DNA of 64,000 nucleotides from Dipteris shenzhenensis (Eukaryota): NCBI GenBank assembly GCA_047967505.1, contig CM106538.1; one strand, 5' to 3'. Shown piece by piece: positions 50,701 to 64,000 of this stretch (position 1 is its first letter; each line of letters starts with the position of its first letter). The notes under the pieces were generated by a model. It saw only the letters and a program-made list of their open reading frames with translations, ran no database searches and was not told where the DNA came from. The position numbers and the translations under genes were made by a program.

Positions 50701-52990
50701 TCATAGACAATCTTAAAAGGACCAACCCTCATGATATCATAGGCATCTTTACAAGTGATGGTTCGAGACGTGGCGTTGCATGAGGTGGTTCATCAAGGAA
50801 AACAAGAATGCCATGACAAATGTCAATAGTTGGAGAGCTTGCACATCACCTTCAGCTTCTTCCAGTTCTTGTAGTCGCCATGCTATTTCTTTAAGGGGTG
50901 TGCGATGTGGCATCCTTCTTTTGAGCAATGTCCTTGAGGACCTTTCTGATGATCTTCCAAAGTCGGTAAACTCGCATCAAATATGCCCAATACTTAGTTT
51001 CATGATGACCACAACCTTTGCATTCCTTACAAATGATCACCCTCCTTCGTGGCTTGCAGCTTTGTTGGGTGGTGCTTCCACTCGCATCATGCGTGATTGA
51101 AGTACAAGCTTCATGTGCCAAGAAATCAACAACTGTATTTTGAGGTCGAGGGATATGCTAAATTTTTACCTCTTCAAATTGTTGGCACAGTTCCAATGCT
51201 TATTGATGTCGTGGAATCAAGCCTTTGCTCCGCACCTTCCACCTTCCACTAACTTGTTCACACACTAGTTGAGAATCTCCTTGCACCTCAAGTTGCTTGA
51301 CGTGATGTTCTTGTGCCTTTTGTAGCCCAAAAATGAGTGTCGAGTACTCAGCTTGGTTGCAAGTACTTGCAGGTGTAGACTGGCTATAACCATACTCCTC
51401 ACCACCTGGTGAAGTGAGCTTCACACCCACGCCAGCAGCCTTGGTCGAAGGTTTGTAAGCTCAATCGAATTGAAGGATCTAAGATGTCATCACACCAAGA
51501 CTAAAATTGGGACATCCAAAGTTTCTCGATAGTCCAAGATAGGTACAAGGAGAGGGTGGGGAGAATTTAATACTTGAGCCAAACGTTCAGCACCAAATAA
51601 ACTTGCAATCCTTTGTTGATAGTTTATCTTTAGACCAAAAATAATTACAACTTGAAGCTCGAAATGAGGCACAAAAGGTTGATTAGGTACAAATGGATTC
51701 CTTGGTTGAAACATTACCAACCATAGCCGAGGCCTAGAAACGTTTGTAGTGAGATTGAGAATAAACCATTCAAGACGAGCTTATCCACAGGAATTAATAG
51801 GCAGATGTGCCAAATCTCCCCCCAAGCTTAGGGAGCATCCCACCCTTCAAAGAAGGACACCCTTTTAATTACCTCCGAAGCAGCAAGTAGCTCGATCACC
51901 ACACAATGAGTAGAATTAAAATCAAAGTCCTCCCAGTGTATCACTAGTTCTTCACCTTGAATCATCCATGGTGTATCATCCCACCCGTCGTCTCCTTAAA
52001 CAATGCACTGGACAATCAGCCTTTGAAGGTCGACATGATGATCAAGCAAGAGATCTCGCTAATTGGTAGCCGTAATGAGTAGAGGACCAGGCACCAAATC
52101 CTTAAACTCGTCGAGAAGTGACATAAATATCCACCCTCCTCGCGTGGCGTGCATCCGTGAAGTGAAGTTGAAAAAGTTTTGAATCGACGATCTAGTAGGA
52201 GATGTGAATAGAGCACATGAAATGAAATACTTTTGCTTTTTACAACAAGAGTAAACTCCCCACGGTTAGAGAGTTACAGTTCCCGAGATTTCAATATATA
52301 AGCAAAAATCATTACATTTTCATCACTTCCTACTTGTTGGCCCAATGATAAGTCTCCCTTTTGTGAAGGGGGAGGTCTTGGGTTTAAATCCCACTCTTTA
52401 ATAAAAAGAGAGGAGAGGAGAGGAGAAGGAGAAGAGAAAGAGAAGAGAAGAGAGAGGGGAGGCACAGGATCTGTTATAGTTTTGCAAAAACCCAGAAAAA
52501 CTGTCCACGACCAGAAGACACAGGAGCCCAGAAACCGTCGCGGTCTATCCGTGATGCACGCGGGTGTACACAGTGGACACGCGCAGGAGTTCAGAGGGAG
52601 CACATATGTTGTAGTTCTACAGATGCGACCGGTACGAGCAGAAGATTCGCCAACCAAAATAATACACGTAGGAACTGCAAGTAGAAAGCATGCAGACTAA
52701 AAGTGCAGAAGTAAGGAGGTTTTGCAGCCGTAGAGACAAGGAAGGCACACAGTTTGGAGGTGCAAAAGTAGAGAACTATGCAGGGAAGAGGCCACAGAGC
52801 TGCACCCACCTAGGAGTAACAGATTTTACACCACTAGCCGTGGAGATTTCGATCCCAGCAGCCATACCATTTCTATTAGCCGAAAAAGAAATCAGGACAA
52901 GAGGCTAGACACTAAGCATGGCGACGCTCAAGGGCCATAGAGGAAAGGAGAACGTGAGGGCAAAATGTTATCATGGGAGGGAAAATGGGA
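44758..52990 (-). mobile_element. Ty3/Gypsy (non-chromovirus, Tat-like) LTR retrotransposon, degenerate, 5' LTR truncated
   Basis: 3' LTR 44758-45745 with adjacent PPT (cccccccc on +). 5' LTR remnant 52874-52990 matches 44758-44874. PBS ends at 52869. Domains: gag with CYECHQKGHYRTEC, protease (48880-49119), RT with FLDD (47943-48353), RNase H (about 47270-47620) and integrase (46109-47062). Confidence 0.95.
51100..51480 (-). pseudogene. Archaeal/RNase HI-type (aRH) domain inside the Gypsy element, upstream of gag
   Basis: LQFD*AYKPSTKAAGVGV, TCNQAEYSTLIFGL, LEVQGDSQLVCEQVSGRWKV and HIPRPQNTVVDFLA: all four acidic-residue motifs of RNase HI. Confidence 0.9.
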
Positions 52991-53700
52991 AGCAACTTCT
53001 CAAAGAGATTGGATTGAGGAGACAAGGAGAAAGAGGAGGAAGACAAATACAAAAAACACTAGAAGAGAGGTGTCTTCTATCTTTTATAAAATCTCGTTTT
53101 TTATCTTCAATCCTTTGAAATCAAGCACAAAAACTAGCACATAGCCTTAGCAATTCAAGGAGAAACATGCTTCAACACTCACAAAACGAAATCTCACAAA
53201 AAACGGACCTCCGTTGTTCAAAGAGACTCACCTTCTTGAAATACTTCTTTTCAAGAAAGCGTAGAGGGAGAAGGGTGGAGAGGGAGCACAAGTGTTAGAA
53301 GAGAGGTGAGTAGTGGTGAGAAGTGGAGAATAGAGTGGGAGGTCGTCAGAAATAGGTGGGAGGAGAGATTGTAGCTTACAATAGAGATTACTAAAGAAAG
53401 CACCGCGCATCGTGAGGTTCAGGTTTTAACCCACAGCATCACTATATAGCGACGCTGGTCAGTCGCTACATAGCGACGCTAGTCAGTCGCTATATAACGA
53501 CGCTTATATTTAAAATCATCACTATATAGCGACGGAATAGAGCAAATCGTCGCTATATAGCGACGGAACAGGTCAAAATGTTGCTATATAGCGATGCTTC
53601 AGGACACTTTATGTTTAAAGTTAAAAAAGAAGCTCATAGATACTATTTTATAACTGTTAATATATTTCCTTGCAACTTATGTTGTGATTTTATAAGTGTA

Positions 53701-56436
53701 GATAGAAGAGACGAGTGGAAGGTCGTCCGATGATGCGCCAATGCCTGGGAGCACAAAGTGGCTTACGGAGAGGTTATATTATCATTGCACTCATTGCAAG
53801 TGAGAAGTACGACATCAATGTCGTATTATCATGCGCCACTTGCAAATGTATGGGGAGGAGCCCGAACCAGTACCCACCATTGGTGTTGCACATGTTGATG
53901 GATTATCGGTAAGCCAAAGCTATTTAAGTTCACGGTTAATATTGGATACCATTATGGTATGAAACCTTGAGACAATATCTTATATTTACATGAAATCTTA
54001 AAACAGGATGAGGAGGCTGACGAGGGTATGCATATACCTTCACACTTTGAGCATCATATTTGAAGGCAAGTGACTGGATTCAAGCTTAGAGGGCGAATGG
54101 AGAGGAACGTCCTCCTGGTATGAAGAGGCTATTGATCTTTCACGAGCTTCCTTATTGGGTTCAGTTACCAATCAATCATCTCTTGGATCCCATTCATATC
54201 TTCAAGAATGTGGGGGCTACTATTTGGGCACACTTGGTTGGTTCCAAAGACTCGAGAGGAGTGCGAGAAGACTTGTGTGCTATGAATAAGATGTCTCATT
54301 TGTGACCCCAACTGCATGCTTCGGGAAAAGTTGTCCTCTCGAAAGCAACGTGGATCCTCTCTATGAGGGAGGAGGTAGTGGTCAAGGCGGACATTATCTC
54401 CTTTCAAACACCGACAGGGTACATTGCTTGAAAGGAGCATTTTCAAAGGTCACAACGTCTTACAGGTATTCTATGCTGTAGAATTAGTGTACCGATAATT
54501 GTGATGCATTAGCGTAATTATGATTATGTTATATTGTTGACATGACTTCTTTGTTGCTTTGATAGTTCATCCTCCCAATTACAATAAAAGGTGCTTACAA
54601 GAGATGTTAGAAATGCTATATTCAAGATCAGTGGTATTGTGAGGTATGCTTACTATCAAATCGCATTGATTGCATTTTCTTCAATTTAAGCTGATTAATC
54701 TGTAGACTAATTATGAAAATATCTTATGGACATGTGAAATAGGTGGATACCTCAAAAAGAGATCTCCATATCGAGCATCGAGAAGGCCAGGGTGGAATCC
54801 ATCGAAGCCGTATGCTTGCTTGAGAAGCACTTTTCCTCGAGCATTATGACAACTCAAGTCCACTTGCTTGTGCACATTGTTGATGAGGTGGCTATTGCAG
54901 GTACCGTTCATAGTCGATGGATGTTTTTTCTCGAGCAGTTTATGAAAACTTTGAAGGGATTTGTAAGACTAAGAGCAAGACCAGAAGCAAGCATGGTAGA
55001 GGGATGGCTTGTGCAAGAGTCATTAGTATATATCACGGAGTTTCTTGCATCCACGGATCCTGATATGCTGCAATCTTGTCATAACAAGAATGATGATCGC
55101 ATCATTGGCGAGGTTCCCCAAGAAAAAGGGATTGAAAGAAATATGAGCGAAGAGCAAATGGAGAAATTCAATAAGTTTTGTATCCTCAATAGCCCTGAGA
55201 TGCAGAAGTGGATTGACAGATATGAAGTGGCCAAAGCATAAAGAATAAATGCAAGAACGAGATTCAAAGTAATGTACAGGCGATCGCAACCATATCCACG
55301 GGATCTGGCTCTTCTCCCCACTCACATGTCACTTGATTGGCTACAACTGGCTCTACGTAAAGCCGAACGCGATGGAGAGACAATAAAGGAGTGTGAGCGA
55401 GAGTTATCATCTGGATGTATGATGCATGTAAGTTTCTTACCTCTTGACGTAATTAAGTAATTATTTGTGGCAATATATGCTATAAAATAGATGCATCTTC
55501 ATTGTTTTAATGATGCTCTTTTACAGTACAAAAGGTACAGTGCATTATGGTCATATGGATGACATTTGCACATGCAACGCATCGATTCAAAGAGAGTCGC
55601 ATATGATTATGGAGTCATGGCTAACTTCACACAAGATAGCTGAGCAAGTGCTTTGGATACCAATCTTCTCTCCTCACAGTTGGATTATTGTGAAACCATA
55701 CACGAAATCTATGAAGCTGATTTCAGACGATTTAGTATTTTCATTCTTAATGTAAAATGGTTTAGAACTATTTACAACGGTCCCCATGCAATAGTGAGAA
55801 AAGATAGTAGCAGATTCTTTGCAATAAACTCCACCAAACATTGGACCAATGAAAGTAATACTTTTGTTCTTCCCGAGCACTGTGAGCAGGTGCATACTAA
55901 TGATTTAATTAATTGAAGCTTTCATTTTTAAAGATCCATTAATACATGTACTTAAGCATAATTTCATCTATATAATTGACGACATCTGGCACCCATCTTC
56001 AATATAGGTGGTTTTTCATCCGGATCGTTCTGATCCAAGATGGTGGTATGTGATCCAAGTTGCACCTCGAAGTAAGCAAATTTTTGAAGATAAAGATGTG
56101 GATATGGAGATGCCACTACCAATGCCGGATCCAATTGATCCCGATGAATCTAGCGAAGAAGATGAAGATCATAATATGAGCCAAGAGAAAGATGCGCATA
56201 ATGACATCACACGGGAGGAAGATGGAGATCACGATATTGAGGAAGAAGACAACGATCATCAAGAATCACCACACTTTATTGAAGAAGATGATCAAGTACT
56301 TTTAGGTGAACGTACGATGCTAGAGTACGATGATGATCATATAGGAGATCAACTCGATATAGAGTTAGAGATAGACTTGTTTGGCACGTTAGACTTGGCT
56401 CAAGATGAAACAGTTGATGTAAATGCTCTTCATTGA
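53701..56436 (+). pseudogene. CACTA TnpD-like transposase with internal deletions
   Basis: Homologous to 16994-12473 but lacks the core corresponding to about 16670-15345 (junction near 54052). Stops present. Confidence 0.92.
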
Positions 56437-57504
56437 TTTTTTTATCTCAAACTTAGACATGAATATATGAGCTTCAAAGGCTTGATGTACATGCTCTCAT
56501 ACTTTCATTCTCTCAAAAGGTCAAACATGTATGAAAATTTAAAAAAATTTGTCCTTGGAAAAAACTAACTTTTAAGGCCTATATGAGTAAAAAAGCTCTC
56601 TGAAAAATGTCGCTATAAAATAGTATCTCAGTGTCGCTATATAGCGACACTTAGATTTCTGACAAACATCGCTATATAGCGACTTTAGAAATCGTCGCTA
56701 TATAGCGACATTTGCTTAAAGTCGCTATATAGCGACGCTTTACAGGATGCGCTTTCCATACCTGATGATTAGCGCCCTGCACGCGCTAAACGTCGAAACT
56801 TAAACATCGCAAAATAGGATCCATGTGTAGTAGTGTGACATCTTCCTTGGGCTATAGTAGCATGCTGGAAGTTTGTCAAACCATGCAGGTCAAAAGGAGA
56901 TAAGGGAAGTTGAAAATATGTCGTCTTCTTGTCAAGGAGAGCAGGAAAAGCCAAGAGATCAGAAAGGTTCTAGTCAAAAGAGACATGAGGAACCACGACA
57001 CCCCAGTTATACTTGAGTGCAACAGAATGAAGGACATTTCGGGGCTCGGGAGGGAGAGGAGAGGATGTCTTGTGAATCGTCCTCATCCCATTGCCGAATG
57101 ATCAGAGATTTGTGAAGCCAACCTTACCCATATAACCTTCCTCTATTTTTGCCATTCACCCTCTCCTCCTTCCTCCTGCCCATCCCTACTACTCCCATTT
57201 TGCTTATCATCCCTACTCATGTGTGTGTGCATGCTTGAGGGCTAGCAAGGTTAGGTTTAGGTTTAGGTTTAGGTTCCGTTAAGTATATAGTTAAGATTAG
57301 CATTAGCTTATGTCTTTATGGGTGACGTATGGGGTACATGGGTGTAAATGTTAGGGGATTTTATGGTCAAACTATGCCTAGCGTTATGGAGTGTATTGTG
57401 GGTGATGTGTAAGTTTGTATCTATGGCATTTTTTTGTAAATTATGATTTGGCATTATATAGCCTTAGCTACTAAAAAAGTAGACCCATTACATGCTTGTA
57501 TGAT

Positions 57505-57556
<52 letters not shown>

Positions 57557-58052
57557 AGTTACGAGCTACACACTACCTAAGCCCTATGTTAAGTGGTAGT
57601 ATCCCAGGGCAATCAGACGCAGGCAGCCGCTCACATGGGCAAGCACCCAAATCCCCTTGAGTCTGCAATTTTTGTGGTCCCCAGGAAAGGACATGGGGAG
57701 GCTTGTTGACAGGCAACCGACCCGAGAGCATGTAGGTCGACCCTTGTCCTAATGATGTGATAACGAGTTCCATTCTTAAGGTATGCCAGCGACCATCGAT
57801 CCATATCAACCGGGCTCGTGTGTCATCATTGCCAACCACGAGCTTCACGATTGTTTTCTTTTCTCTTTTTTTTGAACACACCCACACCATACTCATGCAC
57901 CCGAGGTCCTATCGAGGGGCACTCGCCCTGGACCAGTGGGCTATGGGTCCACAGCTGTGGCACTCACACACACCCAACCACAAGCTAGGATTCCATGCCC
58001 CATATTCCACCAAGACTTGAACCCATGACATGAACACTCAAACCACTAGGCC

Positions 58053-58172
58053 AGAGCCTTGGGGATCATTTTGGCCGTTGAATTGGAACCCACGTGAGTG
58101 ACTAGGTCGGTCAGAGCCTTGGGGATCATTTTGGCCGTTGAATTGGAACCCACGTGAGTGACTAGGTCGGTC
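58053..58172. repeat. 60-bp tandem duplication specific to copy B
   Basis: cagagccttggggatcattttggccg...ggtcggt occurs twice here and once in copy A (about 4325-4385). Confidence 0.92.
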
Positions 58173-58937
58173 TGATGGCCCGTACTCGTTCTTAGTTAAT
58201 TGTGGCTTGATAATATCGAAGTCAAAGTCGACAAAGGGGACCTGCAAGGTTCATAACCGAGCGTTCATATAAGCATGAATAATCAACAAACAGAACCCAG
58301 CATTCATGTAAGCTAAGCGTTCAATGCTTTCAAAGTCGCAACGATGGAGACACTCAAAGCTGCAATTTCTTCTACCTCGAGGTACGTAGCCCACATTGTT
58401 TTGAAGAAAAGGGAGTGACTGCCGCTACCATCAACCACAAAATGCAATTTCATAACCCCACAAAAGAGAGAGACTTCGTGGAAACGGCCTAATTATTCTG
58501 CAACGAGAGATTCAAGCAACCAAATGAGCACCACGACGTAGGAGGAGCAGACATATTTTAGTGATTTGAATTTGATCACACCGATTGAACAGCATCAATC
58601 CGCCTACGACGAGCCAACTTGTAATCACTCTGTTTGACTTTCTTCCATTTGCCTGGAAAACTTGCCCCCCCCCGCAAGCTTTTGACCCGTGAGATGATAC
58701 AAATAACCTCTCTGCCTCGTTGCCATAATCAGAAAACTAGCTCCCAATTCATTTCCTTGCGCCGCTTCGCTCCCGTCTTGATTCTTCTTCCTCACACAAC
58801 CTTATCTTTTTTTGAGAATTGTCTCTCATTAGTACTCAGATCATAGTCTGTAAACGTTTTCTCGGCGCAGAACAATTTGACGAGATTACTCTGTCGTGAA
58901 GGGCAACCCACAGCCACAGTCTAGCCCTGTAAGCTCG

Positions 58938-59354
58938 ATGTCTACAAGCAGCAAGGCTTTGTGCCTTCTTATAATCGTCGTGATGTTGCTAGCGCTCCCA
59001 GTTGAATCTCGCAGAGTGGAATCACATACTCACCACCATTCTCGAAGACGCCAGAGACAGCAGGGACAGTACATGCTCCAAAGCCTCCCCACCTCGCCTT
59101 ATACTAGCCAGAGGACTAGCAGAAGATCGCACGCACAAGAGAACACTGACGAGCAAATAAGGCTATTAGACGTCAGAAATCAAAGCACACCAACGGGCCG
59201 GGGACTAAGGTTCCGTAACCGCAAAGTCTTAAGACCTGTTGCAAACCAACGGCAGTCCCTCTTCCGAGCAGCAGCTGCTCATGTGCAGTTCAACAGACTG
59301 AGCACTCCAGTTTCAGGGCCAAACCCTGGAGGCAATTCAGTACCAGCGCCGTGA
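58938..59354 (+). CDS. Small secreted peptide precursor, 138 aa; copy B
   Basis: Differs from copy A at two codons (M>V, G>A). Same signal peptide and same C-terminal motif. Confidence 0.85.
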   Translation: MSTSSKALCLLIIVVMLLALPVESRRVESHTHHHSRRRQRQQGQYMLQSLPTSPYTSQRTSRRSHAQENTDEQIRLLDVRNQSTPTGRGLRFRNRKVLRPVANQRQSLFRAAAAHVQFNRLSTPVSGPNPGGNSVPAP

Positions 59355-60104
59355 TTATCTTGTGCCAATCACAGAAAGCGCACTAGTCATTGCCATCAAG
59401 GTGATACAATCAAGGTGTTCGTCGTTGCCACGAAGTTGATACAATGCTAGAGGCAATTCCGCACCAGCGCCATCGAGACAAACCATGAGGAACGCCAGGG
59501 CAACATGATAGATTATTATGCAGCTTTGATCTAGAAGAAACGATTCTCTCAAGGACGGATAGTTCAAGAAACTCTAAGGTTAACTTCTCCAAACGTATGA
59601 TAGTATGCAGAAAGAGGCTTCCGAACCCTTGCAGCCCGATAGAATGGCATTGTGATGCTCTACATTTGTTCAAACAATGTGTATAGTACTGCGTATTTGA
59701 TTGGTTTCTACAACAAACAGGGGCTACTGAAAAAGAGAAATTGCCCAAGAAGAAAACCAAAGAATTGTATGTTTTGAATTTATCAAAATTACGGCTTTTC
59801 TATGAGAATGGATTCTTTAATTCTAGAATTCGTGGAATTGAACTATAGATTCTAAGTAATAGCAGTCATAGATTTTTTCAATCGTTTATAAGATGAAAAT
59901 GATTTGAATATGTACCTATGAAGAACAAAACAAATTATACATGAACTTAAAATTTTGTGCTTATATGGAACAAGTGTTTGAAAGTGTGACTCCCTATCAT
60001 GTTTGAGTGAATAAAACATTAACTTTTTGAATTTCCTAAATTATTTATTCCATTCACAAAGCACAAGGTACAAAAATATTGAAACTAGATGCCTTAATCA
60101 AAAA

Positions 60105-63100
60105 GGGAGGCCCTCTTTGAAAAAAATGGTATTAGCGAGTGGAAGAGGGGGGAAGGGGGGGAGGGGGATGGATTAAGGAGCAAGGGTAAGATGCCACGTG
60201 CCCTACTCAATGCATTCTTAAGGTTTTTCCAAATGTTTTCAGCTCCCTGCTCATCGCATATAAAGATGTGATCTTTCCAAATCATGTTGCCTCCTTCTCG
60301 CATATTGTTGATCTGCTACAGTGCCTTCCATCCACTCGCTTTCTTCCTATCTTCCCTTGCGATCCGCCACACCGATTTGCTTGTGTACATTTCCCTCGCT
60401 GCGAAGTGAATGCACTCTGTCGTGAAATATAGCAATAGATGTGTCTCGTTTTAATTACAAGGACATGCCTCACTTCTAATGGATTTTGGTAGGGGGTCAG
60501 CATGGAATGGACAATGTTACATGCTGCATATCTGGATTGATTGCTTTGCTCCTTCTAGCGAAAAAAACATTTTCGTGACTGCTCTTATTCCAGGTCACGA
60601 TCCTCAGGGCGCCGCTCTTCCTCCGCCATACCCACAAACTCCTCTTCTAGGATGGAGAGAGCACAAGGAACTTTAGACTAATGCCTATATAGGAATTTGG
60701 TGTTCAACTAGGAAATTTGAGCATATTTCCTAGATAAAAAGAGGAATTTTCCCCTCTTCATCTAGGAATTTCTTTTTCCTATATAGACAGTCAATGCCAT
60801 CTTGGAAATTTGTCATGTAATATGGAGAATCAAGTGGATTCTATGTTTTCTATCTAGGAAATGACCTCTTTTTTTCACAACAAATTGTATTTCCTATATA
60901 GATCACTCAATGCTATATAGGAAATGTGACATCCCATATGGAGAATCAAATGAATTTTCTATTTTCTATATAGGAAATATGGTCTCTTCTAGGAAATTTG
61001 TACTTTTATATGGATAATCAAGGGGATTCTCTGTTTCGTATATTAGAAATTAGCAAGACTGCATGTTTTGTATTGCAATTACCTACATAGGAGGAGTTTT
61101 TTGTGTAAGAAAGACTATTGAATATTGCATATAAAAAAATATTTGCATATTAAAAATGAGCATGTACGTAACAAGTGTGGATCATTGTAATTTTAATAAG
61201 ATATCTAATGTAGGCTAATTACATATTCTTTAATTTTAGAACACTATATTTCTTCTATATGGAGTCCAAATAAAAGTGACAATGAGAAGTACATGCACTT
61301 ATTTTTATTCCAAAAAAATTCTAAGGTTTCTCCATTTTGTAAGTGAAAAATATAATAATGTTAATCTAAATTGTCAAATGCATAGATAATTATAATATGC
61401 TATGTAATTCAAAATTAATGTCCCAAATTAGAAGTACATGTGCAATGTTAAGTTGATAAGGCACTATCGTCTCATGTTTTCTAAGGTAAAACTATATCTC
61501 AAGGGAAATTTTTGCCAATAGAGGGTGAATAATCCCTTTAGCCATGAAATACACAATGTGTGATGTCAAATGTAATATTTTGGTGTAAAAATCAACTATC
61601 TCATGCACCCAATGATAAAATTATAACTCAAAATCAATGCTCTCTAACATAAGATAAATATTATTTACCAATAAATATATGAAGTTGATTAAACTAATTA
61701 CAAATTATGAGATGTTTATCTCCTGTAGTAGTGCACTCTACTTGTAATTGATGTCAAATTCCCCTTGAATCATTTCTTCCACTCTAATATGACTATGCAA
61801 TGCTAAGTTGGCATTTAAAAAGAAATCAATTTTTGTGTCAAACATCTACACTATGCTAATGGTTTAAATTTTAAACTATGTACATATGTCCTACAACCAT
61901 CTTTACATAATTCTTTCCAATGGCATTAACACTACTTGTTGTTTATCATTCATAGGTGAGTGAAAAAATGAGAGATCACTTAGAACAGAAGACCGTGCAA
62001 AGAAGTGATAAATCCCAAGGAAAGAGATGCAAGGTATTCTTATATTTAGAATTTATTTTCTATGATTTGAAGTCTTTATACCTTGATTTTAATCTCAATG
62101 TTTTATTTGAATTAGAACTTAAAAGATATTCAAGGTACATACATGGAGGTGACTACGATTTCAAGCGAGTATAAAAGAGTATGTGACAGCCTTTTAAATT
62201 AGGCTTCATTATTTAAATCATTTGCTTCGAATTTTTTAATATATTGTCACTTGTTTTGTTACTATGCCCTCAGGTGGATGACATTTTAGAGGAAAATATG
62301 GAGACGATACTTTTGAAATACATGGGAGTCCACACAATTCATGATATGTACTTTTCCTTAAAAAGTACATATGTGAAGCTTAAAAAGATGGAGAGTAGCT
62401 TCAAACAGTACTCTACAGACATCAAGAAACCAGCCAGTAACATTATGATAAGGGACATTGTGCATTGGCTTATTGAAAGTCAAAAAGTTAGATTCATGGA
62501 AAAATCTGATGTGCTTAGTTTAGAAGATATAGAGATTTTGATATGACATTTAGCTTGATTCAAACAAGTCTTCAAAGATGTTATGTAGACTCTTTTAGCT
62601 CTCTTTGGTTGTCTTATATTTCTTATAGTAGAAGTTTTTTGCTTTTTCTTTTGAATATTGTAATAACGAATGGACTTTTTACCTTCTTATTATTTGTAGA
62701 AATATTAAAGAGAACTCCATAATCTTTTTGATGGTTTTGTTGAATCTTAGTGTAGATAATGTGAGTTAATGTAATTATAGTAACAATTGCTTATTGCTCT
62801 AGGTACTTTAAAAGTTCAAATTGCTACATATGAAAATGTGAAACATGAGTGCTTCATTTCTTAAATGATATAACTTAGAAAAAATCACTTATTTCGCGTT
62901 CTTCCTATATAGGGAAATAGAAGATTCTCAATATTGTTTACTAGTTCATAACTAGGAAGTTTGCAAACTATGAAAAATGGGGCATTTCCTAGTTTGTCTT
63001 ACAAAGAAAAAGAGGATTCTCTATATCATTTACTAGACTATAACTAGGAAGTGTGCAAACTAGGAAAAATGGAACATTTCCTAGTTAGACTATGTAGGGA

Positions 63101-63610
63101 ATTGCTAATGAATTTCACTATCTAAGAAAATTTTCCTATATGGTGAAATTCTCTAATGATTCCCTGCATTGACTTGCATAGGGAATTTTTTGATTGATTC
63201 CCTAGATGAGGTAACTAGGAAGTGTTCCATTTTCTCTAGTTTGGACTCTTCCTAGTTATGTTCATTTCAAACCAGTAAATGATATAGAGAATCCTCTTCT
63301 TTTCCTATACAGAGAATGTCTCAAAGTTCCTTGTGACGTATGAGGGAGTGGAAAGAATGGGTTGGTGCCCCTCATTTCTCATTCCAAGATCGTGAGAGGG
63401 TGGTGGCCTTTGAGGGTGGCTGGGTGGAGGAGGTCGCAAGCAAGGGGGAGGGGCAGGGTTGAGGTCGACGAGGTGATCGCAACAGTGAGGCAGAGGGGAG
63501 GGAGTGAGAGGGTGATCACAACGAGGCTGAGGGGAGGGGCAAAGGAACGTTAAAGGTTAATTATATTAGCTTAATTGACATTAGGGGGTTTAGCATAGGT
63601 TAATGTTTTA
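60105..63610. mobile_element. Duplicate of the probable decayed DNA transposon at 6320-10570, with a deletion of about 750 bp
   Basis: Colinear with copy A. The junction gtagtgcactctacttg at about 61735 joins A-7929 to A-8682. Confidence 0.35.
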
Positions 63611-64000
63611 ATTAAATTGTCAACTGATTTTTTCAATGAATCATGCAAATTTTGTAACTTTTTTTAATCCAATCCAAATTCCTAATGCCAAGACAATTGA
63701 AATAGAAAATTACAAACCTAATGCAAAAATTTTGATGCAAATTCAATGCTCGAGCACAAAGTTAGAGAAATTTTCGAATTAGTAGAGCCATTAGTATTAT
63801 CTATTTCAATGAGAGAAGGTCAAACATTAAAATACAAAATAAGTTTTAAGGTCAAGAGGAATATAGATTTCAATTGCTAAATTTATTAAAAATTTTCTCA
63901 TCGTATCTTCTAACATTAAAATAAAGAAAAATTAATTTGGTGATGACATGTGGCAAGAAAAAAATTTCTACAAGCAAAGTTTTACAAACTAAGCTTACAA

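Larger units (their letters stand above)
44684..56835 (+). mobile_element. CACTA transposon 2, same family as element 1, opposite orientation, internally deleted, with a nested Gypsy element
   Basis: Begins CACTACAAGGCATAGGCC (44684) and ends GTAGTAGTG (56835). TSD TGA at 44681-44683 and 56836-56838. Its ends match the reverse complement of the element 1 ends. Confidence 0.96.
47631..63784 (+). repeat. Segmental duplication copy B (partner 1-10727)
   Basis: See copy A. The offset at the peptide gene is 53787 bp. Confidence 0.97.

Noticed and set aside
52837-52869. tRNA gene
   Set aside because: Only a 3' fragment including CCA, next to an LTR. It is a primer-binding site.

Overview
Eukaryotic, transposon-rich land-plant nuclear DNA with spliceosomal introns. 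A fern or other seed-free plant is my guess only. The only apparently intact host genes are a tandem family of small secreted peptide precursors. Two near-identical copies lie at 5151-5567 and 58938-59354, and a diverged paralogue with one in-frame stop lies at 33836-34264. All three have a signal peptide, an RKVL site and a conserved C-terminal motif F-x-R-L-x-T-P-x-S-G-P-N-P-G-G-N, which is CLE/IDA/PIP-like but fits none of those families exactly. Around them are two CACTA elements of one family with both ends and TSDs (12114-32941, 44684-56835). The first carries head-to-head transposon genes, an inverted satellite, a 2.3-kb non-autonomous Copia element and about 8 kb of captured DNA that includes a glycyl-tRNA synthetase fragment. 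The second interrupts a LINE and holds a Ty3/Gypsy element whose archaeal-type RNase H lies upstream of gag. A family of MITEs with 8-bp TSDs is also present. Positions 1-10727 and 47631-63784 are two copies of a recent segmental duplication. All comparisons were made by eye and no database searches were run.
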